From assembly GCF_006345805.1 (NCBI RefSeq), contig NC_043011.1, positions 5,270,001 through 5,334,000 of the forward strand: a stretch of 64,000 nucleotides of DNA, read 5' to 3'. Below the pieces are notes generated by a model that made no database searches, was not told the DNA's origin, and saw only the letters and a program-made list of their open reading frames with translations. This DNA is from Octopus sinensis. Its lineage: Eukaryota. Made by a program: the position numbers and the translations under genes. Shown here piece by piece: positions 13,751-26,670 of this stretch; positions within the stretch are counted from its first letter, which is position 1; each line of letters opens with the position of its first letter.

Positions 13751-15759
13751 GGGGTGGGGGGGGTGAAACCATCCCAAACAATGGCAGATCCCTCAAGTCT
13801 TTTGATTGACTAGATACATGCCATGTATCCTGACTCAACGTAGCGTAATATTAATTTTTTTCTAAGTAACTTAATGGGTCCATGTAGTTTAATAACGATT
13901 TAGATAACAATCAAAATTAAATTTCAGTAATCTATAACAAGTAAACAAAGACAGTAAAGTTGTTGATCTGTTGTGTTAAGGCAGTGAGCTGGCAGAAACG
14001 TTAGCACGGCGGGCGAAAGCTTTGTGGTATTTCGTCTGCCGTTACGTTCTGAGTTCAAATTCCGCCGAGGTCGACTTTGCCTTTCATCCTTTCGGGGTCA
14101 ATTAAATAAGTACCAGTTACACATTGGGGTCAATATAATTGACTTAATCCATTTGTTTGTCTTTGTTTGTCCCCTTTGTGTTTAGACCCTTGTGGGTAAT
14201 AAAGAAATAGGTATTTCGTCTGCCACTACGTTCTAAGTTCAAATTCCGCCGAGGTCGACTTTGCCTTTCATCCTTTCGGGGTCGATTAAATAAGTACCAG
14301 TTACGCATTGGGGGTCGATATAATTGACTTAATCCGTTTGTCTGTCTTTGTTTGTCCTCTCTGTGTTTAGCCCCTTGTGGGTAGTAAAGAAATAGGTATT
14401 GAGTTCATGTTGTTGTGTTATAGTTGAGACAAACTAAGGAGTGTGGGGTTAATGTCCGATCAGCAAAATAATATATTCTCTTCATGTAAAGATAATTTTT
14501 TCATGGTTTATTCTAGAGTAATAAAAGACCTTTGCAAGCTTCTGAGACAAGTGAAAATGGCCACTTAATGCTCAGCTTCAGCATTTATAAGTATACATCT
14601 TTAAGAAATATGAAATATGTAACAAGGAAGGATTTTTAGGGTCTCAAGAAGGAAAGATTTAGTAAATCTTTTAAGTATGGCTGAAGGACCTGGTCTGTGA
14701 ATGATCTTGCTGGTCCAGAGCTGAACTGCTTTTATGTAACAGCAACTTAAATCAACAAAAGAACTTCTAACTTGCTGGAAACAGTAGTCAAATCTTCCTC
14801 ATACAGAATACCACAAAAAAAAAAAAGGCAAAAATCAGCTGGAATAATTTTGATCATAAGTCTGCTTGATTAGGCTATAGCTGCAAATAGAATTCTCTCT
14901 CAGAGCATTCTAAAATATGACCCATGAATCTCAGGGTGGAACTTAATTCTATAATATTATATAAAATTACTGCGCAGGAGTGGCTATATAGGCACAGGAG
15001 TGGCTGCATATAGGCGCAGGAGTGGCTGTGTGGTAAGTAGCTTATTTACCAACCACATGGTTCCGGGTTCAGTCCCACTGCGTGGCACCTTGGGCAAGTG
15101 TCTTCTACTATAGCTTCAGGCCGACCAAAGCCTTGTGAGTGGATTTGGTAGACGGAAACTGAAAGAAGCCCATCGAATGTATGTATATATATATATATAT
15201 ATATGCGTGTGTGTGTTTGTGTGTCTGTGTTTGTTGCCCTAGCATTGCTTGACAACCGATGCTGGTGTGTTTATGTCCCCGTTACTTAGCGGTTCGGCAA
15301 AAGAGACCGATAGAATAAGTACTGGGCTTACGAAAGAATAAGTCCCGGGGTCGAGTTGCTCGATTAAGGGCGGTGCCCCAGCATGGCCGCAGTCAAATGA
15401 CTGAAACAAGTAAAAGAGTAAAGAGCATGTTTGAAAGTAGCAAGCTTGGTAGAATTATTAGTACGCCAAACAAAATGTTTAGCAACATTTTTTTCTTGCC
15501 CTTTATGTATACTGCTAAGGTCAAGTTTGACTTTCATCCTCTCGGCAGGATAGGTGAACTAAAGTACAAGTGAAGTACCGGGGTTGATGCAAACAGCTAA
15601 ATTCCATCCACCAATTTTGAACAATTATTTTACTGCATAATTGGCTAAAATTCATCAAGGGTGTAACTTATCTGATTTCATGTCTATATCAGAAATCAAT
15701 ATTTATTGAGTTCATATTACTGACATGCAATGATTTCCCTTTTCTTTTCTTTCTTTCTT

Positions 15760-16016
15760 TACTATCATTATTATTATTTATTATTATTATTATCATTATT
15801 GTTATTATTCTTATTCTTATTATTATTATAGTTATTGTCATTTTTATTATTATTATTATCATTTTTATTATTATTATTATCAATTTTATTATTATTATTA
15901 TTATCATTTTTATTATTACTATCATTATTATTATCATTATTATTATTATTATCATTTTTATTATTATCATTATTATCATTATTATTATTATTATTATTAC
16001 TATTGTTATTATTATT
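15760..16016. repeat. (ATT/ATC)n compound microsatellite
   Basis: Directly visible; explains the poly-N/I/L ORFs. Confidence 0.95.
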
Positions 16017-16019
16017 GTG

Positions 16020-16812
16020 CGTGAGAAAACCCGGCAAGACCAGTGAGAATAGTCAAAATCAAAATCAAACCAAATCAATTCATATATCAGAAAGCAGAAC
16101 CAAATTGAGGTCGATCAACATCAGTGGGAATTGCAGCTGTGGTTAAGCGAACCATCCGATCGTGGTCGTTGCTGCCGCCGCCCCGTCTAGCCTCCGTGTC
16201 GGTGGCACGTAAAAGCACCATCCGTTCATGTCTGTTGCCAGCCTCGCCTGGCCCCCGTGCAGGTGACACGTAAAAGCACCATCCGTTCGTGGCCGTTTGA
16301 CAGCTCTGTCTGGCCCCCGTGTCGGTGGCACGTAAAAGCACCATCCGTTCGTGTTCGTTGCCAGCCTCGCCTGGCCCCCATGTCGGTGGCATGTAAAAGC
16401 ACCATCCGTTCGTGTCCGTTGCCAGCCTCGCCTGGCCCCCGTGCCGGTGACACGTAAAAGCACCATCCGTTTCGTGGCCGTTTACCAGCTCTGTCTGGCC
16501 CCCGTGTTGGTGGCACGTAAAAGCACCATCCGTTCGTGTCCGTTGCCAGCATCACCCGGCCCCGTGCCGGTGACACGTAAAAACACCATCCGTTCGTGGC
16601 CGTTTGCCAGCTCTGTCTGGCACCTGTGCGGGTGGCACGTAAAAAGCACCCACTACACTCACGGAGTGGTTGGCGTTAGGAAGGGCATCCAGCCGTAGAA
16701 ACACTGCCAGATCTGACTGGGCCTGATGAAGCCTTCCAGCTTCACAGACCACAGTTGAACCGTCCAACCCATGCTAGCATGGAAAACGGATGCTAAATGA
16801 TGATGATGATGA
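16020..16812 (+). mobile_element. RTE 3' UTR-derived fragment with about 8 tandem 60-63 bp units and the RTE (GAT)n tail
   Basis: Units GGTG(G/A)CACGTAAAAGCACCATCCGTTCGTG...; the terminal ~170 bp match the RTE tail at 22445-22630. Confidence 0.85.
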
Positions 16813-17399
16813 TTATTGTTATTATTATTATTGTTATTGTTGTTGTTGTTGTTATTATTATTATTGTTATTATTGTTGTTGTTGTTGTTGCCATCGAAGT
16901 GACACTGGGGTAAAATATACAAAGCCTAGAATACCCATCACGACCAGTCATAACATCAACACCAGTTAGACCAGTGACAAGTAGAAATGTAGAATTTCAA
17001 TGTCTGTGCACATATGCAAAACACACATACAACAAGCACTGCACACTCGTGCCACACTGGGACATAATATTTTATAGTTTATTGAAACTGACCCAATAGC
17101 AGGTCACTCTAGTGTTTCACTGATGTAATGTTAGTTCCTCAGATAACAATAAATTCTATTTCTGCTTGGGGAATCAGCAACTCTAATCCAAATTTCATTC
17201 ACAAAGTATTGGTCAATATGAAATTATGTATGAGACATTTGCCCAGTGTGTTTACACCCTAGATCAACCCTACCAGACCAGGTGGTTACAAACCAAACAT
17301 CAAACACTAGCATTCCAGCATAAAATCCATGAAATCAGTCTTCATCATCAAATGTTTACCAAAATCTTAAGAATGTTCTTTCATATATACTGTGATACA

Positions 17400-17720
17400 A
17401 GATACTGTGATAGCCTGGGCTTCCAAGGCCCACAGCTCTTCAATATCCTCCCGAAGAACCTAAGAGACTTGCATGGGGTGGATGCAGATGTCTTTAAAAT
17501 AAAACTGGATCTCTTCCTGTCAGGTGTCCCAGATGAACCAACTTCACGGCAGGAGGTGCAGATGAGGGCAGCTGCATCGAACTCTCTCATGCACCAAATG
17601 GCAATTGCTAAAAAGCATTCGTGAAGTAAAATCATGTAGCAACACCAAATGGCGGTGCCCCAGCATGGCCACAGCTTGTGAGCTGAAACTAGATAAAAAT
17701 AAAAATAAAAAAATAAAAAT
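17400..17720 (+). mobile_element. CR1-group LINE 3' end (ORF2 C-terminus and tail)
   Basis: GPQLFNILPKNLRDLH...FKIKLDLFLSGVPDEP...AASNSL is typical of CR1/L2-group ORF2 ends, followed by GGCGGTGCCCCAGCATGGCCACAG and (TAAAAA)n. Confidence 0.8.
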
Positions 17721-17979
17721 ATGATATTTATTCTTTATTTTTAACCTTTTTAGTCACTGGAGAATGGCCATGGTGGAGTGCCATCTGGAAGGTTTTAATT
17801 GAACAAACCAACCCCAGTACTTATTTACTTTAAAGTCTAGTATTCTACTTCCAAGATAGAGGAGCGTAAACAAACCAACACAAGTTGTAGGGTGGTGGGA
17901 CAAAACAGAAACAAAAGATTCACACACACACAGATACAAACAATATATATGTTTGTATATATTTTTATCTGTGTGTTTG

Positions 17980-18027
<48 letters not shown>

Positions 18028-18108
18028 CACACACACACACACATATATATATATATGCATGTGTATATATACATATATATATAAGAGACCAAAGTGTACG
18101 TATGCTGC

Positions 18109-18280
18109 AATATGTATAAAAAAAGGAATACAAAAAATCGGACAAGGACACAGGAACTTGACCGAGGAAAAAAAACTTCAAATGACCTCTGTCCGTGTTT
18201 CATCTTGTCCCTTTTGTATCATCTGTCTGGATGTTTTGCGTTCTTGTCCAATATTTTGTATTCCTTTTTTTATACGTATT
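18109..18280. mobile_element. Small foldback element with about 40-bp inverted ends inside a microsatellite
   Basis: AATATGTATAAAAAAAGGAATACAAAAAATCGGACAAG vs CTTGTCCAATATTTTGTATTCCTTTTTTTATACGTATT. Confidence 0.65.
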
Positions 18281-19163
18281 TTTTTTACACATATGTATAT
18301 GCACGTGTATATATATATGTGTGTATGTATGTATGTATGTATGTATGTATCATCATCATCATCATCATTTAACATCCGCTTTCTATGCTAGCATGGGTTG
18401 GACGATTTGACTGAGGTCTGGCAAACCAGACTCCATGTATGTATGTATGCATGCATGGTCACACCAGTTTTATCCTGTCTCCACCTCCACTTAGAACTTT
18501 TCTTGGACTATTCTATCTGGATTCTCTACCTGAACTTTCTTCTACTCTCCTATACCTGGACTCCTACACTTCGGCTGCACCTCTCCTACCCATAGATCAC
18601 ACTGGACTCTTCCTTTGATGAGAAATCGCTCCAATACACCACAACCTTTTGAACTTTTCTAAACTATTTTGTAGTTTCTGCTTTTTCCTATTCTTCCCCT
18701 TTCTCTTTGATCTCCCCTTCTTCCTAGCTCTCCTGTGTGACCCCTCTGTCTGCCATTCACCATGATAGATTGCTAACCACTAAACCTTTTTCTATTTTCT
18801 CTCCCTGTTTATTTCTGTGTTCCTTTCTGTCGAAGAGCGTAGGCTCGAAATGTAAAAGACTTTCTCACTGCCCGAGCATTAAATTAATACATCTGTTTGT
18901 GGTTCGTTTACACACCTGTCTTCATCTTTTGTTTTTTTGTAAATTCTCACAATATATATATATATATATATATATACTCTTTTACTCTTTTACTTGTTTC
19001 AGCCATCCGGCTGAGGCCATGCTGGGGCACCATATCTAATGTAGGATAAAATTTTTTCGCAAAAAAAAATTTTATCAATGGGCAGCATATTAAAAAACAC
19101 CTTTAAAGGTTAAATTATAACAACTTATAAACACTTCGTTTGCCCTTATTTATAAGTTGTATA

Positions 19164-19210
<47 letters not shown>

Positions 19211-19211
<1 letters not shown>

Positions 19212-22200
19212 GTCCCCCCCACATCTCCTTCCCAGTTTTCAGAGTTGGCACTATCAATGTTGGTACATTGACAGGCAAGTCTAGTGAGATTGTAGAGATG
19301 CTAGAGAGAAGACAGGTTGATGTATGCTGCATACAAGAGGTAAGATGGAGAGATGCTTCGGCTAGGGTCCTCACGGGCAAGGCACTTAGGTACAAACTCT
19401 ACTGGCAAGGTAACGCGGAAGGTGTAGGGGGTGTAGGCATTCTCCTTGCGGAGGAATGGGTGGATAAGGTCATAGAGGTTGTCAGGGTTTGTGATAGAGT
19501 GCTTAAGCTCAGGTTGGTCCTACAGAGTGGCACAGCTATGATTATCTCAGCCTATGCCCCACAAGCGGGACTACCAAATGATCAGAAGGACAACTTTTAT
19601 GATACCCTTCTGCAGGCTACTTCAAAGACTAGTAACAAGGACCTCATCTTTGTAGGTGGAGATTTTAATGGGCATGTTGGGCGGGAATCGGGTATCTTCA
19701 CTGGGGTACATGGTGGCTATGGTATTGGCACCAGAAATGATGAGGGAACTAGACTGCTGGAATTCTGTGATGCATGTAACCTTTCAATCTGCAACACTAA
19801 CTTCAAGAAGCCAGTCTGCCACCTTATAACTTATCAGTCAGGAGACTCCGCTAGCCAAAATAGACTTCATCCTCACCAGACAACGGGATGCAGGGTTGCT
19901 CTTGAATACAAAGACCCTCCCGGGTGAAGAATGTATCCCTCAGCATAGACTAATCATCAGTGACTTTAAGCTTGAGGCCAGAAGGACTCCAAGAAACAAA
20001 CCAATCCAGAAAAGAAGGATTTGGAGGCTAAAGAACCCTTCGCATGGTCAGAAATTTAGGGACATACTCATCAAGAAATTTGATGAGAGGGAGGAGGAGC
20101 TTCAGACGTCAGACATAGAAGGTAGCTGGGAATTCCTACGGGACAGCTTGTTGAGTGCCACAGACCAAGTCTGTGGATGGTGCAAAGTCCCTTCCAGACC
20201 TAGAATTACGTGGTGGTGGAATAGTGCAGTAGATAAAGCCATCTGTGAAAAGAGACGGGCCTGGAAAGCCTGGAAGGATGGGGGCAGCAGGGAACTGTAC
20301 CAGATAGCCAAAAGGGAGGCTGGGCGGCAGGTATACATTGCCAAAGATGTAGCAGAAAAGAAGAAGTTTGCCAATGTCCAGCGTCGCAAGGATCAAAGAG
20401 CTGAAGTATTTCGGATTGCCAGACAGTGTGTCAGAGAAAATAGCGATGTTATAGGAGAGAAATGTGTCCGCATGGATGATGGGGCACTTGCTTTTACTAC
20501 TAGTGAAAAGAAAGAGGCTTGGAGAAGCCATTATGAAAGACTGCTGAATGAGGAGAATGAATGGGAGGAGGAGAGCCTGCCAAATGTTGACCCAGTAGAG
20601 GGACCAGCTACCCGAATAGACAGCTCCCTTGTAGATAAGGCAATTAAGGATATGAAACCAGGCAAAGCCCATGGCCTATCAGGAATCACTGCTGAGATGC
20701 TTAAAACAGCTGGCTATGTGGGCTATGCCATAGTCACCCGCATTGTAAACCAGGTAGTTCACAATGGAGTCATACCCAATGACTGGTGCAGCAGCACCAT
20801 AGTCAACTGCTACAAGGGTAAGGGTGATGCTCTGGATAGAAATAACTACAGAGGTATCAAACTGTTGGACCAGGTGATGAAGGTCTCAGAGAAGGTCATA
20901 ACCAATCTCATTAGGGAGAGAATTTGCTTAGATGAAATGCAGTTCGGTTTTGTACCAGGTAGAAGCACCACTGATGCTATATTCCTGGTCCAACAACTGC
21001 AGGAGAAGTACCTAGCTAAAGATAAACCCCTCTACATAGCTTTTGTAGACTTGGAGAAAGCCTTTGACAGGGTTCCCCGTTCCCTTATCTGGTGGTCGAT
21101 GCGGAAACTGGAGATTGAAGAATGGCTAATAAGGGCTGTACAGGCTCTATACAGAGAGGCTGTCAGCAAGGTTAGGATTGGCAACGAATATAGTGAAGAA
21201 TTCCGGGTAGAAGTAGGTGTGCACCAGGGCTCAGCCCTCAGTCCCCTTTTATTCATCATAGTCCTTCAGGCAATAACAGAGGAATTCAAAACGGGATGCC
21301 CCTGGGAGCTCCTCTATGCCGATGACCTAGCTCTCATAGCAGAATCACTACCGGAACTAGAAGAGAAATTTCGGGTGTGGAAGCAAGGGTTGGAATCAAA
21401 GGGCCTTAGAATAAATGTAGCAAAGACCAAAGTATTAGTAAGCAGCAAGAGGTACTCAGCACACATCCCCTCGGGTAGGTGGCCCTGCTCAACCTGTAGG
21501 AAGGTACAGGTAGAAACTCCATAAGATGCACCCAATGTAAGTTATGGACACATAAGAGGTGCAGCAACATTAAAGGGAAATTAACAGATAAGATAGCTTT
21601 CATGTGCGGCAGATGCACAGGGACAATAGACACAACAGACACTCAGAAAACAGATTCCATCACACTCCAGGGAGAGAAACTAGAAGTAGTTGATAGTTTC
21701 CGCTACCTGGGTGACCAAGTTAGTAGCGGAGGTGGATGCACAGAGAGTATCACCACTAGAATACGAATAGCCTGGGCAAAGTTCAGAAAGCTCCTACCCC
21801 TACTGGCAACAAAAGGTCTCTCCCTCAGAGCAAAAGGTAGATTGTATGATGCATGTGTGCGAACTGCCATGCTTCACGGTAATGAAACATGGGCTGTGAC
21901 TGCAGAAGACATGCGTAGACTTGAAAGAAATGAAGCTAGCATGATCCGCTGGATGTGTAGTGTCAGTGTGCACGCAAAACAGAGTGTAAGTATCCTGAGA
22001 GAAATGCTGGATATAAGAAGCATCAGATGTGGTGTGCAAGAGCGACGCTTGCGATGGTATGGTCATGTGCTGCGGATGGATGAAGAGAGATGTGTGAAGA
22101 AGTGCCACTCCCAAACAGTTGAAGGTATCAGGGGGAGAGGTAGACCCAGGAAGACATGGGATGAGGTGGTCAAGCATGACCTCAGAGCATTGGGCCTCAC

Positions 22201-22630
22201 TGAGGCAATGGCGAAGGACCGAGATCTCTGGAGATATGCTGTGACTACAAAGACCCGGGCTGCTTTCTGCAGCAATTCCACATACCCCCTACCCATTCTA
22301 AGTACCCCGGATCCCCAAAGTACCCTGGATCCCCAAAGTACCCCGATCCCCAAAGTACCCCGGACCTCGTTGCCCCCGTGCCGCTGACACGTTAAAATGC
22401 TCGAACCGATCGTGACGATGCCGGACCCTCCGGCCCCTGTGCAGGTGGCACGTAAAAAGCACCCAATCCACTCACGGAGTGGTTGGCGTTAGGAAGGGCA
22501 TCCAGCCGTAGAAACTCTGCCAGATTCAGACTGGAGCCTGGAGCGGCCCCTGGCTTCCCAGACCCGGTCGAACCGTCCAACCCGTGCTAGCGCGGAAAGC
22601 GGACGTTAAACGATGATGATGATGATGATG
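19211..22630 (+). mobile_element. RTE-clade LINE, nearly full ORF (APE endonuclease + RT + PHD-like finger), two frameshifts, 3' UTR and (GAT)n tail
   Basis: APE motifs GTINVGTL, CIQEVRW, GDFNGHVG; RT motifs QFGF, FVDLEKAFDRV, GVHQGSALSPLLF, LLYADDL, FRYLG; C-terminal RRLRWYGHV and RGRGRPRKTW. Frameshifts near 19860 and 21503. Tail ends GGACGTTAAACGATGATGAT. Confidence 0.95.
22300..22366 (+). repeat. 18-bp tandem repeat (AAGTACCCCGGATCCCCA) x about 3.5 at the RTE ORF end/3' UTR
   Basis: Directly visible tandem units. Confidence 0.85.
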
Positions 22631-23016
22631 TACGTACACACACACACACAAACACATAACTGGCTTCTTTCAGTTTCTATCCACCAAATCTACTCACAAG
22701 TTTATAGTTGGCCTGGGGATATAGTAGGAAACACTTGCTCAAGATGTGTCATTTATACGTAACAAGTACGTATGTACGTATGTACATACATACATATATG
22801 TATATTTGTTATTCTTTTGTCTTTACTGTGTATACTACATACAAATGGATGTCTAACAAGATGAACAATGTCAATGAATAAATTAGCAATTTAATCTTCC
22901 CCATTCATCTACCTGCCTATTAATCAAGCCAACTATTTTTGTGTAATGAAGAAAGATAATATAGATCTGCTCTAACATGCTTCTCTTAAGGTCAAGCAAC
23001 AACAGCAGCAACAACA

Positions 23017-23412
23017 GTGGAGGCTTAATGGCCCAGTGGTTAGGGCAGCGGACTCGCAGTTGGAGGATTGCGGTTTCGATTCCCATTCCGGGCGTTGCGT
23101 GTGTTTATTGAGCAAAAACACCTAAAGCTCCACGAGGCTCCGGCAGGGGGTGGTTGCGACCCCTGTTGTACTCTTTCGCTCCAAATTTCTCTCACTCTTT
23201 CTTCCTGTTTCTTGTCCCTCAACTTCCTACGCAACCACTGAGCCTTGATGCACATTCATCCATCCGTCGATATTCTCGGTGTCGGGGGTTGACCTGCTTT
23301 CTCTTCTGCGGGTCTTACGAATAGCAAAGGGCCATGTTTCGGACTTCTCACATCTTGCGAACTCTGGGACGAAGACCGTTCGCTCAACAGCAACAGCAAC
23401 AGCAGCAACAAC
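23017..23412 (+). mobile_element. SINE family C (tRNA-derived head, variable tails)
   Basis: Head TGGCCCAGTGGTTAGGGCAGCGGACTCG...GGTTTCGATTCCC; copies at 11805-12108(-), 25570-25857(-) and 56835-57218(-). Confidence 0.85.
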
Positions 23413-23599
23413 AAATGCAAGCTAGATCAACTTTGATATTGCAACTTAAAGCATCATGGTCTAAGATATAAAGCTATGCTATTGACAGAGTACAAACTTC
23501 TGACTTATAGGTAATCTAGCAAATGGAGACATGTAGTAAAGAAATAGGTACTGGTTCTGTTACTCTCTTAAAGCAAACCATTAAGTTATAGGAGTGTGA

Positions 23600-23928
23600 A
23601 ATACCAGTGTCAGTGGTCAAGCAATGGAACAGACAAACACACACACACACTGGCACTCCATTGGTTACAACAACAAAGGCTCCAGTTGGTCCAATCAATG
23701 GAACAGGTTGCTCGTGGAATTAATGTTCAAGTGGCTGAGCACTCCTCAGACATACATACCCTTAACATAGTTCTCAGGAAGATTCAGTGTAACAGAAAAT
23801 GTGACACAGCTGGCCCTAGAGCAATCTGAAATAAAGCATATTGCTCAAGGACACAATGCATTGTCAGGAATCAAACTCACAACCTTATGGTCGTGAGCAG
23901 ACTACCCTAACCACTAAGCCATGAGCTA

Positions 23929-23930
<2 letters not shown>
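23600..23930 (-). mobile_element. SINE family D (old tRNA-derived SINE); second copy at 29030-29340
   Basis: Minus strand ATGGCTTAGTGGTTAGGG...GAGTTTGATTCC...GTGTCCTTGAGCAA. Confidence 0.65.
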
Positions 23931-23967
<37 letters not shown>

Positions 23968-26230
23968 TACATATTCATATATACACAAAGGGCTTTCGGA
24001 GTTTCCATCTATCATTCGGAGTTTCCACCAATTCATTCATAAAGTATTAATTGACTCGAGGTAATAGCAGAAAGCACTTGCCCAACGTGCTGTACTGTGG
24101 GATTGAACCCAAAACTATGTGGTTTCAAAATGAGCTTCCTGACCATACAACTGAGTCTGGACCTATGATTACATTGCTACAATCAGGATTTGAAATTGTT
24201 ATGAACATAACATAGGTGCAGGAGTGGCTGTGTGGTAAGTAGCTTGCTAACCAACCACATGGTTCCGGGTTCAGTCCCACTGCGTGGCATCTTGGGCAAG
24301 TGGCTTCTACTATGCCTTGTGAGTGGATTTGGTAGACGGAAACTGAAAGAAGCCTGTCGTATATATGTATATATATATAAGTGTGTGTGTGTATATGTTT
24401 GTGTGTCTGTGTTTGTCCCCCTAGCATTGCTTGACAACCGATGCTGGTGTGTTTACGTCCCCGTCACTTAGCGGTTCGGCAAAAGAGATCGATAGAATAA
24501 GTACTGGGCTTACAAAGAATAAGTCCCGGGGTTGATTTGCTCGACTAAAGGCGGTGCTCCAGCATGGCCACAGTCAAATGACTGAAACAAGTAAAAGAGT
24601 AAATAACATCCTAGTGTTTTATTCCCTTTTTGAGAGAGATATTAGAATAAATTTATTAACAATATGCGAATATGAAGCACAATATTTGACATAGCTTGAC
24701 ATGAATTAGTTGTGTCAACAATGAAAGGCAATCTGTCAACCTGATGAGGACTAACAGCCATTTGTTAACAACTGAGCACATAGCTTTTCTAAACAGAATA
24801 TCTGCCAGCATAATCATCATCATCATCGTCGTCGTCATCATTTTAACGTCTGCTTTTAAATGATTGCATAGGTTGGATGGAGTTTGTTGAGGCATATTTT
24901 CTTTGGCTGGATGCCCTTCTTACTGTCAAACCATCCCTGTTTCCAAGCAAGATAATGTTTCCTCATTGTCAGATGTTTGCGTAGAATAATGAATTCTATT
25001 CATTTACAACTATCATATCAAGACAAGGACATGTACACAGACACATATGTATGTATGTATGTGTGTGTGTGTGTGTTTAACCGAGAAACCGGCTCTTATG
25101 AGCCAGGCATGGCTCGAGAAGGAACAGACAACAAAAAGTACCATCAAAGATGTGATAGTAAAATAAATAAAAACTGAGTCAAAGCAAAGCATAACAACTT
25201 ATCTAACCCATGCCAGCATGGGATGCAAGGCGTGGCTGTGTGGTAAGAAGCTTGCTTCTCAACCACATGGTTCTGGGTTCAGCTCCACAGTATGACACCT
25301 TAGGCAAGTGTCTTTTACTACAGCCTTGGGTCAACCAAAGCCTTGTGAGTAGATTTGGTAGACGGAAACTGAAAGAAGCCCATCATGTGTATGTGTGTGT
25401 GTGTATGCACCCCAACCCCTGGCTTGACAACAGGTATTGGTGTGTTTGCCTCCTTGTAACTTAGCAGTCCAACAAAAGTGACCAATAGAATAAGTAATAA
25501 GCTTTAAAAAAGGGAGTGAGCCAGTCAAATGGCTAAAACAAACTAAAAATAAAAGATAAAAGATATATATATTACGTGGGATCACGTGACCGACCAGGCT
25601 ATCAGATGTTGTTACACATCGCTGGTCACAATGCGCTTTTTGCATTGTTTTAGCCTTCAAATGACGCCAACCCGTTGGCTAAGCGAGCAGGCCAACAGGA
25701 GAAAGAGAGAAAGTTGTGGCGAAAGAGTACAGTAGGGATTGCCACCACCCCCTGCCGGAGCCTCGTGGAGCTTTTTAAGTGTTTTCGCTTAATAAACACT
25801 AACAACGCCTGGTCTGTGAATCGAAACCGCGATCCTACAACCGCAAGTCCGCTGCCGATTTGAATAATCAAACTTATGCTTTTTTCAAGTTATATTAGTC
25901 ATAATAATTGTGCAACATCTGTTTCAATTGCACTAATTGCATATTTATATGCATTGATTTATGCATTACTGGTATGATCACTTCAGGGTATACAAGTACG
26001 ATATTGTTCAAGGAAGAATTTTCCTCTGTTATTAGTTTGAATTAAGCTTGGTAGTAGTAGTAGTAGTAGTAAAGCATGACATTCATCAATGAGCTGTTTT
26101 TCTCAACTGATTGTTTGGGTAAAATCCAGCAGCAGCAGGGTTTGTTGAGGTTGGCAAATGTCCTTAGTTAGTTGGGCAGTGGTTATCTATAGAATATGTT
26201 TCTTTTGACTGATATATATATATATATATA

Positions 26231-26604
26231 TAACGGGAAGGTTTACGAAAATAAACAAAAGACGAAGGCAGGTGGAGTACAAACAAACAAATGTTTTAGT
26301 ATGGCGCTCAGGAATAGAAATAAAACAAGTCTTTTACGTTTCGAGCCTACGCTCTTCAATAGAAAGATACACAAAAAAGAAACAAGGAGAGAAATACACA
26401 CACACACACACATATATATATGATAAATGTATATATGTATATAACGGGAAGGTTTACGAAAATAAACAAAAGACGAAGGCAGGTAGAGTACAAACAAACA
26501 ATTGTATTAGTATGGCGCTCAGGAATAGAAATAAAACAAGTCTTTTACGTTTCGAGCCTATGCTCTTCGACAGAAAGATACACAAAAAAGAAACAAGGAG
26601 AGAA

Positions 26605-26607
<3 letters not shown>
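26231..26607 (-). mobile_element. Tandem dimer (211-bp period) of a short hammerhead-like-motif element (retrozyme/PLE-derived)
   Basis: Units 26231-26396 and 26442-26607 separated by CA/TA microsatellite; motif TCTTT-CTGTCGA-a-GAGC-RTAG-GCTC-GAAAC-GTA-AAAGA at 26541-26578 and, degenerate, at 26330-26367. Related plus-strand copy at 18790-18950. Confidence 0.7.

Positions 26608-26670
<63 letters not shown>

Noticed and set aside
16150-16655. CRISPR-like regular array
   Set aside because: The intervening sequences are themselves repeated variants, there are no cas genes, the context is eukaryotic, and the array is contiguous with the RTE tail.
23017-23095. tRNA gene
   Set aside because: A/B boxes are present but the sequence continues into SINE body and recurs in dispersed copies; it is a SINE head.
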